In this document: piece by piece, positions 13,686 to 26,200 of the stretch | Layout: each line of letters starts with the position of its first letter | Position numbering within the stretch: the first letter of the stretch is position 1 | Source: Owenia fusiformis | Lineage: Eukaryota | DNA: 64,000 nucleotides | Direction of reading: 5' to 3' | Assembly (NCBI GenBank): GCA_903813345.2 | Contig: CAIIXF020000001.1 | Location: forward strand, 26,164,001 to 26,228,000 | The notes under the pieces: generated by a model | Databases searched by the model: none | Told to the model about the DNA's origin: nothing | The model's input: the letters and a program-made list of their open reading frames with translations, nothing else | Translations under genes and position numbers: made by a program

Positions 13686-14210
13686 GTAAGCTTTTTTATG
13701 TCTCCACCATATATTGTCTCCAACTTTCTTGTGAACTGTATTCGGCATTCAGCGGTTGGCATCTGTAAAAAATGGCAGGTGGGGACATTTTTAATGTTAA
13801 TGGCTTGTCATATTGATACATTATATACTGCCTCAATTGTCATATATGCCAGGGTGTAGTTAGCTTTCAGTCAGGGGGTGCGATTGTGGCATAAACAAGC
13901 CAAAAAAATAAGATTTATTTTGAATTTTACAAAAATTGATGCAACTTCCTTCAAAATGGAGCTAGAAGTTTCAAATAAGATATAAATCTTCTTCTTTGTC
14001 ATGATTTTATTTTCCACCCATCGCACCCCCCCCCCTGGCTACGCCAGTACGCCTATGAATGCGTACACATTCTCATACGATGTGTGTATGAATATAAAAT
14101 TACTGTCTTGCTTATTTGTGTTTTTACATTTGTTTTGTTAAATGTGATGACTGAAAAAATGTATATCCTCATCTTGAAATGTTATTATTTGATTTTAATT
14201 GCCATTTTAG

Positions 14211-17200
14211 GTCCATCTGTTGATGAAATAGAAGGGGACCCCCAGACAGAATTAGTATGGGCATTTCTATGTTCAGCGTTTACCATATTTGGACTTCTAC
14301 TTGCCACTCTTGTCTACTGCAGGTAAGTTTGCCCAGTTTCTGCTTCTTTATTAATATTTTATTTATTCATTCTTAATGATAGACAGACAAAAATAGGATA
14401 TCACAATCTAGTCTTGGGGAATTTATGTTTAGGAAGGTTTAAAATATTTTTCTTTTTCAGAAAAAGGTATCTTTCTCCAAACAATATTAGGAAGAGAAAA
14501 TTAAAGAGCATACAAGATAAGAAAGGTATGTTTTTACTGTGTTCAGTAAAGGTATATCATTTATAGAACTTGAAAACTGTGTAGTTCCTAAGTGAACCCT
14601 GGTATTGATGAATGTGCATAACTCAAAAATGTGTACTAAAGAAGAGAGAGCGGGCCTGTAGCCAGGGAAGTCAGGGATTCAGTTTTCACCATTCATGTGA
14701 TTTGGGGTCATAGTTGAGCCAAATGTGACCACCCTGGAATATTTTGAAAAGTGAACCAACCTTGGCAAAAACTGGATACTTGTCTGAAAAGTAAAAGTGA
14801 TAAAGTCTAGTACTGTATTGTTAATTGATTGTTGATGTATTTCACTAATTTTAAGGATGTTTAAACTTCGATGGTACTGAGATGAAATGATGATAAAATT
14901 ATGAAGAAAATAACTTCAAGTGAGTCATGACACAGGATTATAGGAGTCATTAAACAAAATTGCATAGAAATGAATTTGAAATTAAAGTAATTTGTCATAG
15001 ACTGTAAGAGCTCAAAATTTTCTAATATTAAATATTAAATCAATGTTATTGGTCATAATAATTTTGTATCAATAGCTATGGGCCGTCATGTCAGCCTTTG
15101 ATCTTCTAATCCATAAAATCACAATTTTTCATGTAAATAAATATATAAGAATTGAAAATCATAACCAATATGGTCTTAATTCACAGTTTGATTGTTGATC
15201 TCCAAGATATAAGACATGTGCCAAAAAAATCAGTCAGGGATTATTGTCTGAGTGAAAGCTTTATTTTAAGTGTCACCTGTGAATTGTTAATAGCAGATAC
15301 CATACAAGTTGTTTCTTCCACACTTGTAATCCTCGATTCTTATTGGTCAAGAGGTGGTCATTAATTGTAACAGTTGACTGCACACTGCATTGTCAACCTG
15401 TGGTATCAAATGGCAGTTTTGGGATATTTTTTAACAGTCAATCTCTGACATTTTAAAAAAAATCAGAAAGAAAAAACACTTTATTCTGGTGTATGAAAAT
15501 AAATCTTGATTGGGAAAATAGATGTCACTAGTAGACACTATTTGAGACTCGGCACTCAAACATAATGTCAACCTTTTCATGGAAATGTTATTGCATGTAT
15601 CTAAACTCACTGTTTGTCCAAAGCTAACATTTGCCAGATTTTGATAGTGAGTTATATTTACACAAGATCAATGATATGTGTGGAGAACAAATGTGTAGAT
15701 TGCTTCATGAAATAATTTGTTTTCTCTGATTTTTGGAAACAGCATTAGCATTAGTTCCACTTCAGTATACATTGCTTTAGTTAATCCAAAGTTTTTATCC
15801 TCCCTTTACCCTATTTGCATTGTGGCTTGATATACTGCCTGTCATTCGAGTATATAAAAATATCAAAATTTCATTGCTATGTTGACTTTAAATGATTCCT
15901 ACATTTTATTTACATTGTTTGGATAATTTCCCCTTGGTCTTATAGAATCCTAACAATTGCAACAAAAGATGCTTTATAATCAGTAACATTTGCTGAATTT
16001 TGTTTGCTTGTTTTTACAGGTTAAATGATTATTACAATCTTGTGCTCATAAACTGTTATGGAATGAAACAAATCAGAATATTCAAATTTTAGAATTTGAT
16101 TAAAACTTTCCAACAAACACAAATAACCAATAATAAAAACGATTTGTTTCTTTCTTTCTTTCTTTTCTTTGATTGAGATTTGAGATATTACGTCAATGTA
16201 AAACTAATATTAAATAAATGACATAATATTTACTCAATTCAATTTTATAAGTCATCTTATGGGTCAAAAAATTATTTAATGTTGACATTATGACCAAAAT
16301 GGTGAAACAAGATTATGCTGTAAAGAGATTATAAAATGTTACAGTTCAAAATGTAATATTGGTGTTTTTACCTGGACTTACTGCCTTGAAGCATTAGATT
16401 GTAAAGATTAACAGGTAAAGTTGTGCTAAGCCTACAAGTGTAAAGGCTTATAGCAGGACATAGGCTCGCTCAAGTTTTAATGTAACAGATTTAAGTGCCT
16501 ATTATAGAATGTATTGAATTATATTGAAGAACAACCTCATTCCAGCAAATACAGTCAAAATGACAGCGCGTGAGCTGAAAAAGCTTAAACCTAGATTTCT
16601 GGGTATACCTCAGACAAAATTTAAAGAACCATTTGAGTTTTCTTTCAAACTTGAAAAGGGATTTGATCGCAAGACGCGACTTTACTTCAGTGCAAAGCAG
16701 ACAGATTTCAGAATTCCTATGTACCCTGGGAAGAAATCAAATGTGAAGAAACTAACGATACTATGTTGTGGTCTTATAGCAAAGGAAGTGAAGCTGGTGG
16801 AGTCAGTAACTGGACATCCTGTGCCCATTGGGGAATTTGTCAGCCAGTATGCGTACAAGGCCAAGAAAAATCTAGTAGACATAGAATTCCAGGTAAGTGT
16901 TGTCTTATAGTTTGTCCCTAAAGAACACCATATACGGATTTCTGCTCAAAGAGAAACTTCATTTGTAGAAATTTTCAATTATTTATTGTGATATCTGATT
17001 ATTACAGATACATGTTGTCATCAGATATGTTCAATTGTAGGCTCTGGAGCTCAACCAAGAGACTGATCACAGCACCGGGTTTGCCAATCTGGAGGAGAAT
17101 CAGAAAAAGAATTCATATCCCGATGTCTTGCCATGTAAGTACATTATCCTAATATTGTATTATGATTGGTCCTTTGTAGGTAACTGTTTGCCCACGGTTT

Positions 17201-20200
17201 ATGAAAACCTACAAATTTAAAAACTCAACTTTTTTGTAAAAAGAACCTGACAGAAATTTTCATCTTTCTTGACAAGTTTGTGCTGAAGTTGAATTACCTC
17301 ACATGTCAGTGTAGATGAATATATTTAGATATCAATACCAGACTATAATTACTTTGACATGATTGAAATGAAGATAGATCAAACACAATGGCATTGCACA
17401 TTTACCATATTCTCTCTAATGGACGCACAACCTATTTTTCCGTGAAATTATCTGGTAACTTGAGTAAAAAATCAAGAGAAAAATGAAAAATTTGAAGTTG
17501 GGCAATGGTAGGGTTAATTGAATAATCCACTAACCATTGTCAATTAATAGGCCGTTTCTGTGCACAATGCTGTTACAGACGTGTCTCTGGAATCTTTAAA
17601 GTACATTGATAGCCTTAAAGTGATGAGTTAAAACCTACAATGAACCTAATATTCAGCCAGTCGATAATTGCATGAGAAAAACATCGAGGTATGACATTAT
17701 GTGATCTAGTCAGAGTGAGTCCACTCTTTAAGAGGAAAATCATGAAATACCCTTTTTAACCCTTTTTTAAAAATCCTGGGGATTTTGTAATTTGAGACAT
17801 CTCCTCGAGGAGAATTGGGTGATGCATTGTGCGTTTAATAAAGCGAATATGATAAATGTTTTATTATGAAAAAACTTTATTTTGGAGTCCACAGGAAGAT
17901 TATGGAGAGCAAAACTGGAGCCAATTGTGTTTTATTCTATGATGAATATATTTTAAGATGTAGCTTTGCTTGTGCCATTGCAAACCTCTGCTTTCAGATG
18001 ACTATAATAGGGTTTTGTTAGAGGAACCCAAAGATTATCCATTAACAGATTATATCAATGCCACATATTTGGATGTAAGTTTTGTATAGTATAATCTGCC
18101 ACTCTTGTTCTATAAATCAATGTCATGGTAGTCTGGCTGGTGTTTGTCTTCCTTTAACCCCCCCCCCCTTCTTGCATACCTCACCCCAACATGGTAAAGT
18201 CGATTTTTTGGGGGGGGTCCTTGATGTAAGACGAGGCTGATGTCATCAGTTGTGCAAGCAATTGTACATATGCTATTTTGGATATGTATGTGGAAATTAG
18301 TGGTCCAAATGTCACTGAGTCATTGTGGGATATCTTGCAGAAAAATGTTCATTTAAAAATGAATATTTATTTTATTGAATAAAATATGACCATCATGTCA
18401 CAATTGATGTCAAGTTTAATGGACATTATGCTTTTACAATATTCATTCCTTCGTTTTCTTTCCTTTGTAGTCTCTGGAAAAGTAGTCTTGTTGCGGCGTT
18501 GCCCCATGTTTTCTATATTTGTAGAAGTATTCAATTAATATACAGATGTACTGTGTAATAAAGCATTAACACTCTCAGCCAGAATAAAGGGACTTGTTTA
18601 CAATACAAGGGTACATACATCAATTAATTTTGCTTCATAAAATAGCCTCAACATATAAGATAAGAGGCTATTTTTATCAGATTTCTATGTTTGTGACTTA
18701 TTGAAAACAAATAATTTCCCAATGCAGTATTTAAGGAGGATGTACCCTTGATGTATTTCTGTTATTAGAATCAAGTACATGCAGAGTTGAAGTGATAGTC
18801 TTTGTACATCAGATTCCTAGAATGGAGCTGCTATACCTTCAATCCCTCATCAATGAATGAGCTCCAGGCCCATAGCCAGGATTTGCCAAGGGGGTTCACT
18901 TTTTGAAAAATTCCAAGGGGTTTCACTTGTGACAATTTTGGTCCAAAAATGGCCCAAATCACTTAAAAAGTGTTCAGAATGGTGAAAAACTGCATGATTT
19001 TGAAAGAATTTTGGGCCAGGGGGGTTCGGCTCAAACCCATCGAACCCCCCCCCCCCCCTGGCTACGGGCCTGAGCTCATTTACTGCAAAGGGGTAAAAGT
19101 ATCTGCTCTGTATGCTTCATTATTGGTACTGTAATTGTTTCCCAAGGCGTTTCTAATAAACAAGGCCCTTTAAATGGTGTTTAGATTAGATTTAAAGGGT
19201 TATGGCAGATTCCCTCTTTAATAATCTTTTAATTGATTTTTAATAACAACATGCACAGCGTACCTGCAGCAGTATATACACAGAGGCAAGGGATACCTGA
19301 CTTTACTAATACACCCAAAACTCTGAAAATGCATGCTACATCTTGTTAACTCTTTCCATTTTGTGTTATACTAATTATTTTCAGTTGACCATAACAGAGT
19401 GATCCTCCAGGAGGACACAGGGGATGATTACCCCACAGACTACATAAATGCTTCATATATTGATGTGAGTAGATCACTGAGTATATAAATGCTTCATATA
19501 TTGATGTGAGTAGATCACTGGGTATATAAATGGTTCATATATTGATGTGAGTAGATCAAAGAGTATATAAATGATTCATATATTGATGTGAGTAGATCAC
19601 TGGGTATATAAATGCTTCATATATTGATGTGAGTAGATCACTGGGTATATAAATGGTTCATATATTGATGTGAGTAGATCAAAGAGTATATAAATGATTC
19701 ATATATTGATGTGAGTAGATCACTGGGTATATAAATGAGTCATATATTGATGTGATTGCTTCATATATATTGATGTGAGTAGATCACTGGGTATATAAAT
19801 GATTCATATATTGATGTGAGTAGATCACTGGGTATATAAATGATTCATATATTGATGTGAGTGCTTCATATATATTGATGTGAGTAGATCACTGGGTATA
19901 TAAATGCTTCATATATATTGATGTGAGTAGATCACTGGGTATATAAATGCTTCATATATTGATGTGAGTTCTTCATACACACAAATTGACATTTGGATTA
20001 CATGCTTTGTTTTATAAATCATAAACTAAATTCTATTGATTAAAGTCAAATGTTTTGTCTTCTATCATGGATACCTAATAAAAGTTTTCATGTAAAGGTA
20101 ACATTTTAAAAAATTGAGCTTCGGAGGTATCTTAAATTGAATTTCTGTACATTTCAGGGATATAGCAAACCAAAGGCCTATATTGCAGCAATGGGTAAGT

Positions 20201-23200
20201 CATTATATTGTATTATTATTTGTCTGTGATATCTTTCAGAAAACTAAATCACGTTCTTTCCTTCTTGCACAAATAAGCATGATGTAAAAGTTGTGTAAAT
20301 ACTAAATTGTAATCCAGATTGTATGATTTTTTTGCAGGACCAAATAAAGACACAATGGGAGACTTTTGGCAGATGGTCTGGCAGGAAAATGTGCACTGCA
20401 TTGTTATGGCATCAAATCTGTTTGAACATGCTAGGGTAAGTCACAAATCAGTATAGCCTCCACAAATAGCTTTAAGGGTCAACATCTGTAAATGGAAGAT
20501 ACTCTCCAGGTTTTATATTGGAGAGCTTGCCAGTTCAGTCTGTCAACTGCAGCATTAAATACTTGGCAGAGTTTGGAAAAGCTCATGTAAAATTTTATCA
20601 AAGTCTGAGTGCAAAATTAAGGACACTCATTCTTTGTGCAAAGAGCATAGGCAGTCAACAGTGCTTAATAAGAGTAATACCTGTGTACAGTGAACATTGG
20701 AGCCAAACAATGTGTTCACTATAGGTAGGTGTTCACTACAGAGAGGCAATTGTTTACTCGGTGGAGTATGTGCTGAGAAGAGGTGTTCACCAAACACAGG
20801 TGTTAACTAGAGGTGCTCACTAAGGCATATTTTACTGTGCTTCTTATAAAGATGTGTAGTCTTGAAGGATCTCTTAATTACTTGGACTTATTGGTTACAT
20901 TTTTGTTTTCGTGTAGCAACAATGTGAGCGCTACTGGCATGGAACCCATGGTCGCTATGGTGACATCGAGGTGTGGCTCATGGAAACAGTTGTCACATCT
21001 GAATTTACTATAAGGATGTTCAAAGTAATGAGGGTATGTATCAGAGTCAAATGTAAAGAGAATATCTACATGTATAGAAAATGAACCACATTGTTCAAAA
21101 GCTTAAACACAAAAATAAACAACACTTGAACCACACGTTTTTTGTATACTAAGTTTACATTGCATATAATTGGACCAGAAATGCTTGACAATTTGACTCA
21201 TGATATCCCTATGCCAAACATATGTATACATTGATTTATTTCAGGAAGGCTATAAGGATGAGCGCTTTGTACAGCACTATCAGATCAGTAGTTGGAGTGA
21301 ACATGACTGCCCAGATGAGAGTGCAGTCTTGGAATATAGAAGGGTCATCAAGAGCTACATGGCCAATGTTCCCGGACCTGTCCTTGTGCACTGCAGGTAT
21401 ATTTACAATTGATGCCCCAGTTTTATCTCACTTTTTATGTCTCGGCATTTCCAACTACATAACTTCATGTACAATTGTGCAATGAAAGTATATTATAAAA
21501 CCTGTGTACGGTGAACACCCACAGAGCCACAAAAATGTGTTCACTGTAGGTTGGCGTTCACTACAGAGATGGAAATTTATACAGAAGTCAGTAGAGTATG
21601 TGTGGAGGCAGCTTGTCTACAAGAGAGGGGTGTTCACTAAGACAGGTTTTAGACTACATAACTTCATGTACGCCATAAATTGAGAAACAATCTGATATGT
21701 GATATTTCAGCTCGGGTGGTGGCAGGACAGGGGCATTTATAGCACTAGACATTATTCTCGAGAGGATTACGAGAGAAAAGAATGTCAGCATTTTTGACAC
21801 GGTGTTGTATCTACGAAACAGAAGACAGAATATGGTCAACAATGTGGTAAGCTGCATTTACTATTCCATGAAATAAAATGTGAAATCAAATCACCTGCAG
21901 TACATCTTTGTATGTCTTTTACTCTATCACCCCCATGAGCCTTTTCCAATTTTACAAGGTCTGTTGTGCTTTAAAACCATGTAACAGTGCCAAAAGTGAT
22001 TGATTGATAACCCATAGATTATCTAGAACAAACAGGATATAATATACAGTTTAAAATCTATTATGTCATTTAGTTAATGCATTTTTATCAATGAAATATA
22101 TATTCGCTTACAGAGATACAGCTCACAGCCAACCTCTTTAATCTACATCATATGTGTTTATTAATTTGTAGGAGCAATATGATTTTATATACAAGTGTGT
22201 TTGTATGTATGTGCAATGTGGAGTGACAGTCATACCTGCCTCTCAACTGCCCATGGTGGTGCAGAGCATGTCTCTTAAGGACAGGCAAACGAAGCTGAAT
22301 GGCTTTGAACGGGAATACCAGGTTGGTGATTTTTGTGTTTTTAATCATTTTACAAAAAAATATGTTACGGCTGTTAGTTTAAAGCAGAATGCAAATAGGT
22401 AAAATCAAGGTGTTAAAGATAATGACAACCATCTTTGACATGACGATTACAACAACAAAAAAATCATTATGTGTATTTCCAGACATTGAAGGATGTAGTA
22501 CCTAAGTTATCAGTTGGAGAATGTGCAGGGGGACATAGGCATGAGAACAGGAAGAAAAGTAGAGAAATTATGCTTCAACCACGTATGTAGACACATCTTA
22601 TTTATCCATTACACACCATTCTGGGCCAAACCCCACATTGAAAGATCAAGACAAAGGGGATGTGGTTATCAAGATGATTATTCTCCCATTTACAGAAGTA
22701 ATATTTACCTTTATCAGGATTTTCAGCATTCCAAATAGTACTTGGAATATTTACCATTAAGCAGCCTGGTGTTTTCGTGCCATATTCAAATATATTGCAA
22801 ACTATAAAATTGATGTTTGATTTCAGCTGAAAGGGCAAGGCCTTATCTGATGACACATGATAGTGCCACAAGCACAGATTACATCAATGCAGTTTATGTA
22901 GATGTAAGTAGTCATTACCATTACATATTATGGCCATGGCATGTATTATAGGAGGCTCAAATTAAATCTGATTGTCAATTATCTAACCTAATAAAATGTT
23001 CCTGTCTTATTAATTTATGCAAGTCTCGACCATTGAGTGATATTGGAATATGGCTTTATCACTGGGTTTAGATATGAAACATATCCTGAAGGATATAGTA
23101 TATATTAATTATATATATATCAGACAACATAACCAAAGTGTAACTTAAAAATCATTTTCCAAAACTATTTTCTGGTACATGTAATTCCTTGCTATGCTGA

Positions 23201-26200
23201 TTCTGTGTTTTATATTTATTTTCTACAGGGATTCAAGTACAAAAATGCATACATTGCTACCCAATGGCCATTGAAGAACACTCAGGCTGACCTATGGCGT
23301 CTCATATACGACTACAACGTTCATGCAGTGGTTGTTCTGAATGAGCCCACATCACCTGATATCATTAATGTAATGTAGTCTCTCTATTGTTATTTAAGAG
23401 AGTTAATGTTAATTAATTAATTTAAACCATTGTACAAGTATATATACATGTAATGTATTCAATACCATCAAGAATGTTTACCATTTTCAAGATTTCAACA
23501 ACAATTTTAAACATATTCATTTTATTTGAATTAAATATTTATAATTATGATGAACATTCCTTGATTTGTGACACTGATGAATGAACAAACAAAATTTTAG
23601 TTTTGAATGTTTGGATGATAGCAGCACTTTGATTTTTTATTTTAGAAATTCAAATTCTGGGAAGATTATGAAAAGTTCTGGCCAACAAAGGATGATAAAG
23701 ATGCACTTTATGGGCCATTAACTGTTTTCATGGAGCATGAGACAGACTATTCAAATATCACCACCAGGGACTTTCGTATTCGCAAGGTATTGTTCTGCTG
23801 CTGTCATAAGCTTTGCCATTAACCTCACAATACAGCATACATCATCTAAGAAGCATATTGCATTGAAGTATTTCCATGGGCTTTCAAGAGAAAAAAGCCC
23901 ATGATATTTCTAATATTAAAGGTCAGGTCAAAATCAATATCTGCGAAACATTGAACTTAACGAACTCCAAACCTCTCAAAGTGTATTTTGTATATACGGT
24001 ATTTGGTATTTTGACAAAAGTCAGTATTCTCACATGAACCAGGCCTTAACAATCTAAAACATAAAAGAACTTTAAATTTGAAATTGCTAAATTGGATAAT
24101 CATATTTTTCTGATTTATAGCCCAAGAAGTATGTGAATGTAATGAGTGATCTCTCAGAAGCTGGCGAGGTAGGTTTGATATTTCCATTTTAACATACAAT
24201 AGAAACAAGAGGGCATCAGTAGATAGTGGAAACATATCAAGATGTTTATAATTCTAGTTATCAAATATCAAATGAACACTTGCTATTAAGCTCGTCTTTA
24301 TATCTTATATGTTCCAAAATGTCAAAATAATATCCACAGGGCCGTAGCCAGGATTTGCCAAGGGGGGTTCACTTGTGACGATTTTGGTCTAAAAATGGCC
24401 AAAATCACTTCAAAAGTGCTCAGTATGAATGGTGAAAAACTGCATGATTTTGAAAGATTTTTTGGCCAGGGGGGTTCAACCCCCCCCCTGGCTAAGGGTC
24501 TTATCCATATACACATAAGTGGAAGCCATTTGTCCAAAACTGCAGTACATTGTGATTTTGTATGTAGATTTATGAATTAACTACATCTCATTCTGGTTGC
24601 ACTATCTACTCTTAACTCATCTCCCTTCCTTTATTGAATTCTTTATTGAATTCATCAGGTTATTCCAGTAATTACTTGGTCATCTACACATTGTGTATAA
24701 ATAACTATTAATATGATATACATAACTACCTGAAGATAATAATTGATACTCATACTGTATTATCAAAATGTTTCATACCACCGTATTTTCTTTATTCTTC
24801 CGATTCTACTACAGTAGGATAACACAGGTAAAATAGCAACCATTTGTAATTGTATTGTTGTTTCAATTTCAGTTTGCTTAGTAATAATTTAATATGCATG
24901 TCAAGTTTTTACTGCATGCAAGTGTACATAAAATAGCAATAGAATAACATGGTTTTAATTTGGAAAGATTAAAAAATCAGGATTGTTATCTTCAATGGAA
25001 TGGCCAATGAAAACAAGCTGAAATTCTTATGTATAATGTAATATGTAACGTATTGTATCACAAATCTTCATTTTTTGTCCAGCGTCTTTTTGGCATCAAC
25101 AGTGTAAGTGGTTAGGCTTTATATGCATGATCCCCAATTTTACCCATGCCTGATGCTATCATAATGGTACAAAAGCCATCATAATAGTGCCCATTTCCAC
25201 ACAATAGCTCCCATATCATCACAATGCTACTCAAGACATCACTGTACATGTAGTACCATGGCCTCTCAACATTTTTGAAAGCCCATTGTTGTACTCATGT
25301 CATAACAATAGCACACATACACATATTATCAGAACCTTTCTCATGTCATCACAATAGGTCTCACGGTGTTGCAATGGTACTCATGACATCACAGTAGAAA
25401 TCTAGTCAAGTCAATAAAACATATATTTTTCATAATAGTGCTCAAATCACCACAATAGTTCCCATGTTATTTAAATGGTACTTGGAACATCACAATAGCA
25501 CCCTACCCTTATCATCACATTAGTTCTACCCCCATGGGCTTCTCTTGATATCCCATAGCTATACCCATGTCATCACAATAGATCTCATCTCATTACAATG
25601 ATTCTCATGACATCACGGTAGCACTTATATGATATCCATTGTATTATATTCTCCCTTACTGTTTTACATCTAGCGTTTATTTGGTATACCTCTCTTCCCA
25701 AATGCTGTAAGTTCTCGAACAGTTTTATGTTGATTCTGTTTGAATAACATTAAACTCATTTTTTGAGTGTCATGTGACTTATTTCATTATTTAAGAGGTT
25801 ATTTGATAACTAACTAAACCTTTTCAACACCATAGGATGGGGAAAGGTTAAATAATTTGTTTTGGTGATGCATTGACACTTTTCCATTTTATTATGTCAC
25901 CACAAGAAGTGGTGACATATTGTGCTAATCTTCAGCGTTTTTGTTGCTGGTGTTTGATGGCTGGTGTATGGCATCCAGTGCTCAGCAGTTGGTGTTCGGT
26001 AGTCTGCTCCTCCTGTAACAAATGGCAAGTGGTGACATTTTGCATGTTAATGCCTTGTTTTATTTGCATCCATAACTCTGCATACAGTTGTTAGTATAGG
26101 GTAAAATATCTAACATTGGTCCTTTGCCAGAACTGCAAGTGTTTCATGAATACATTGACATTGAACTAGAGAGTGTAATATATTGCATTTGTACTACATT

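Noticed and set aside
24814-24828. Possible extra PTP microexon (ACAG TAG GATAACACAG|GTAAAA)
   Set aside because: 10 or 13 nt, so it shifts the frame or contains a stop.
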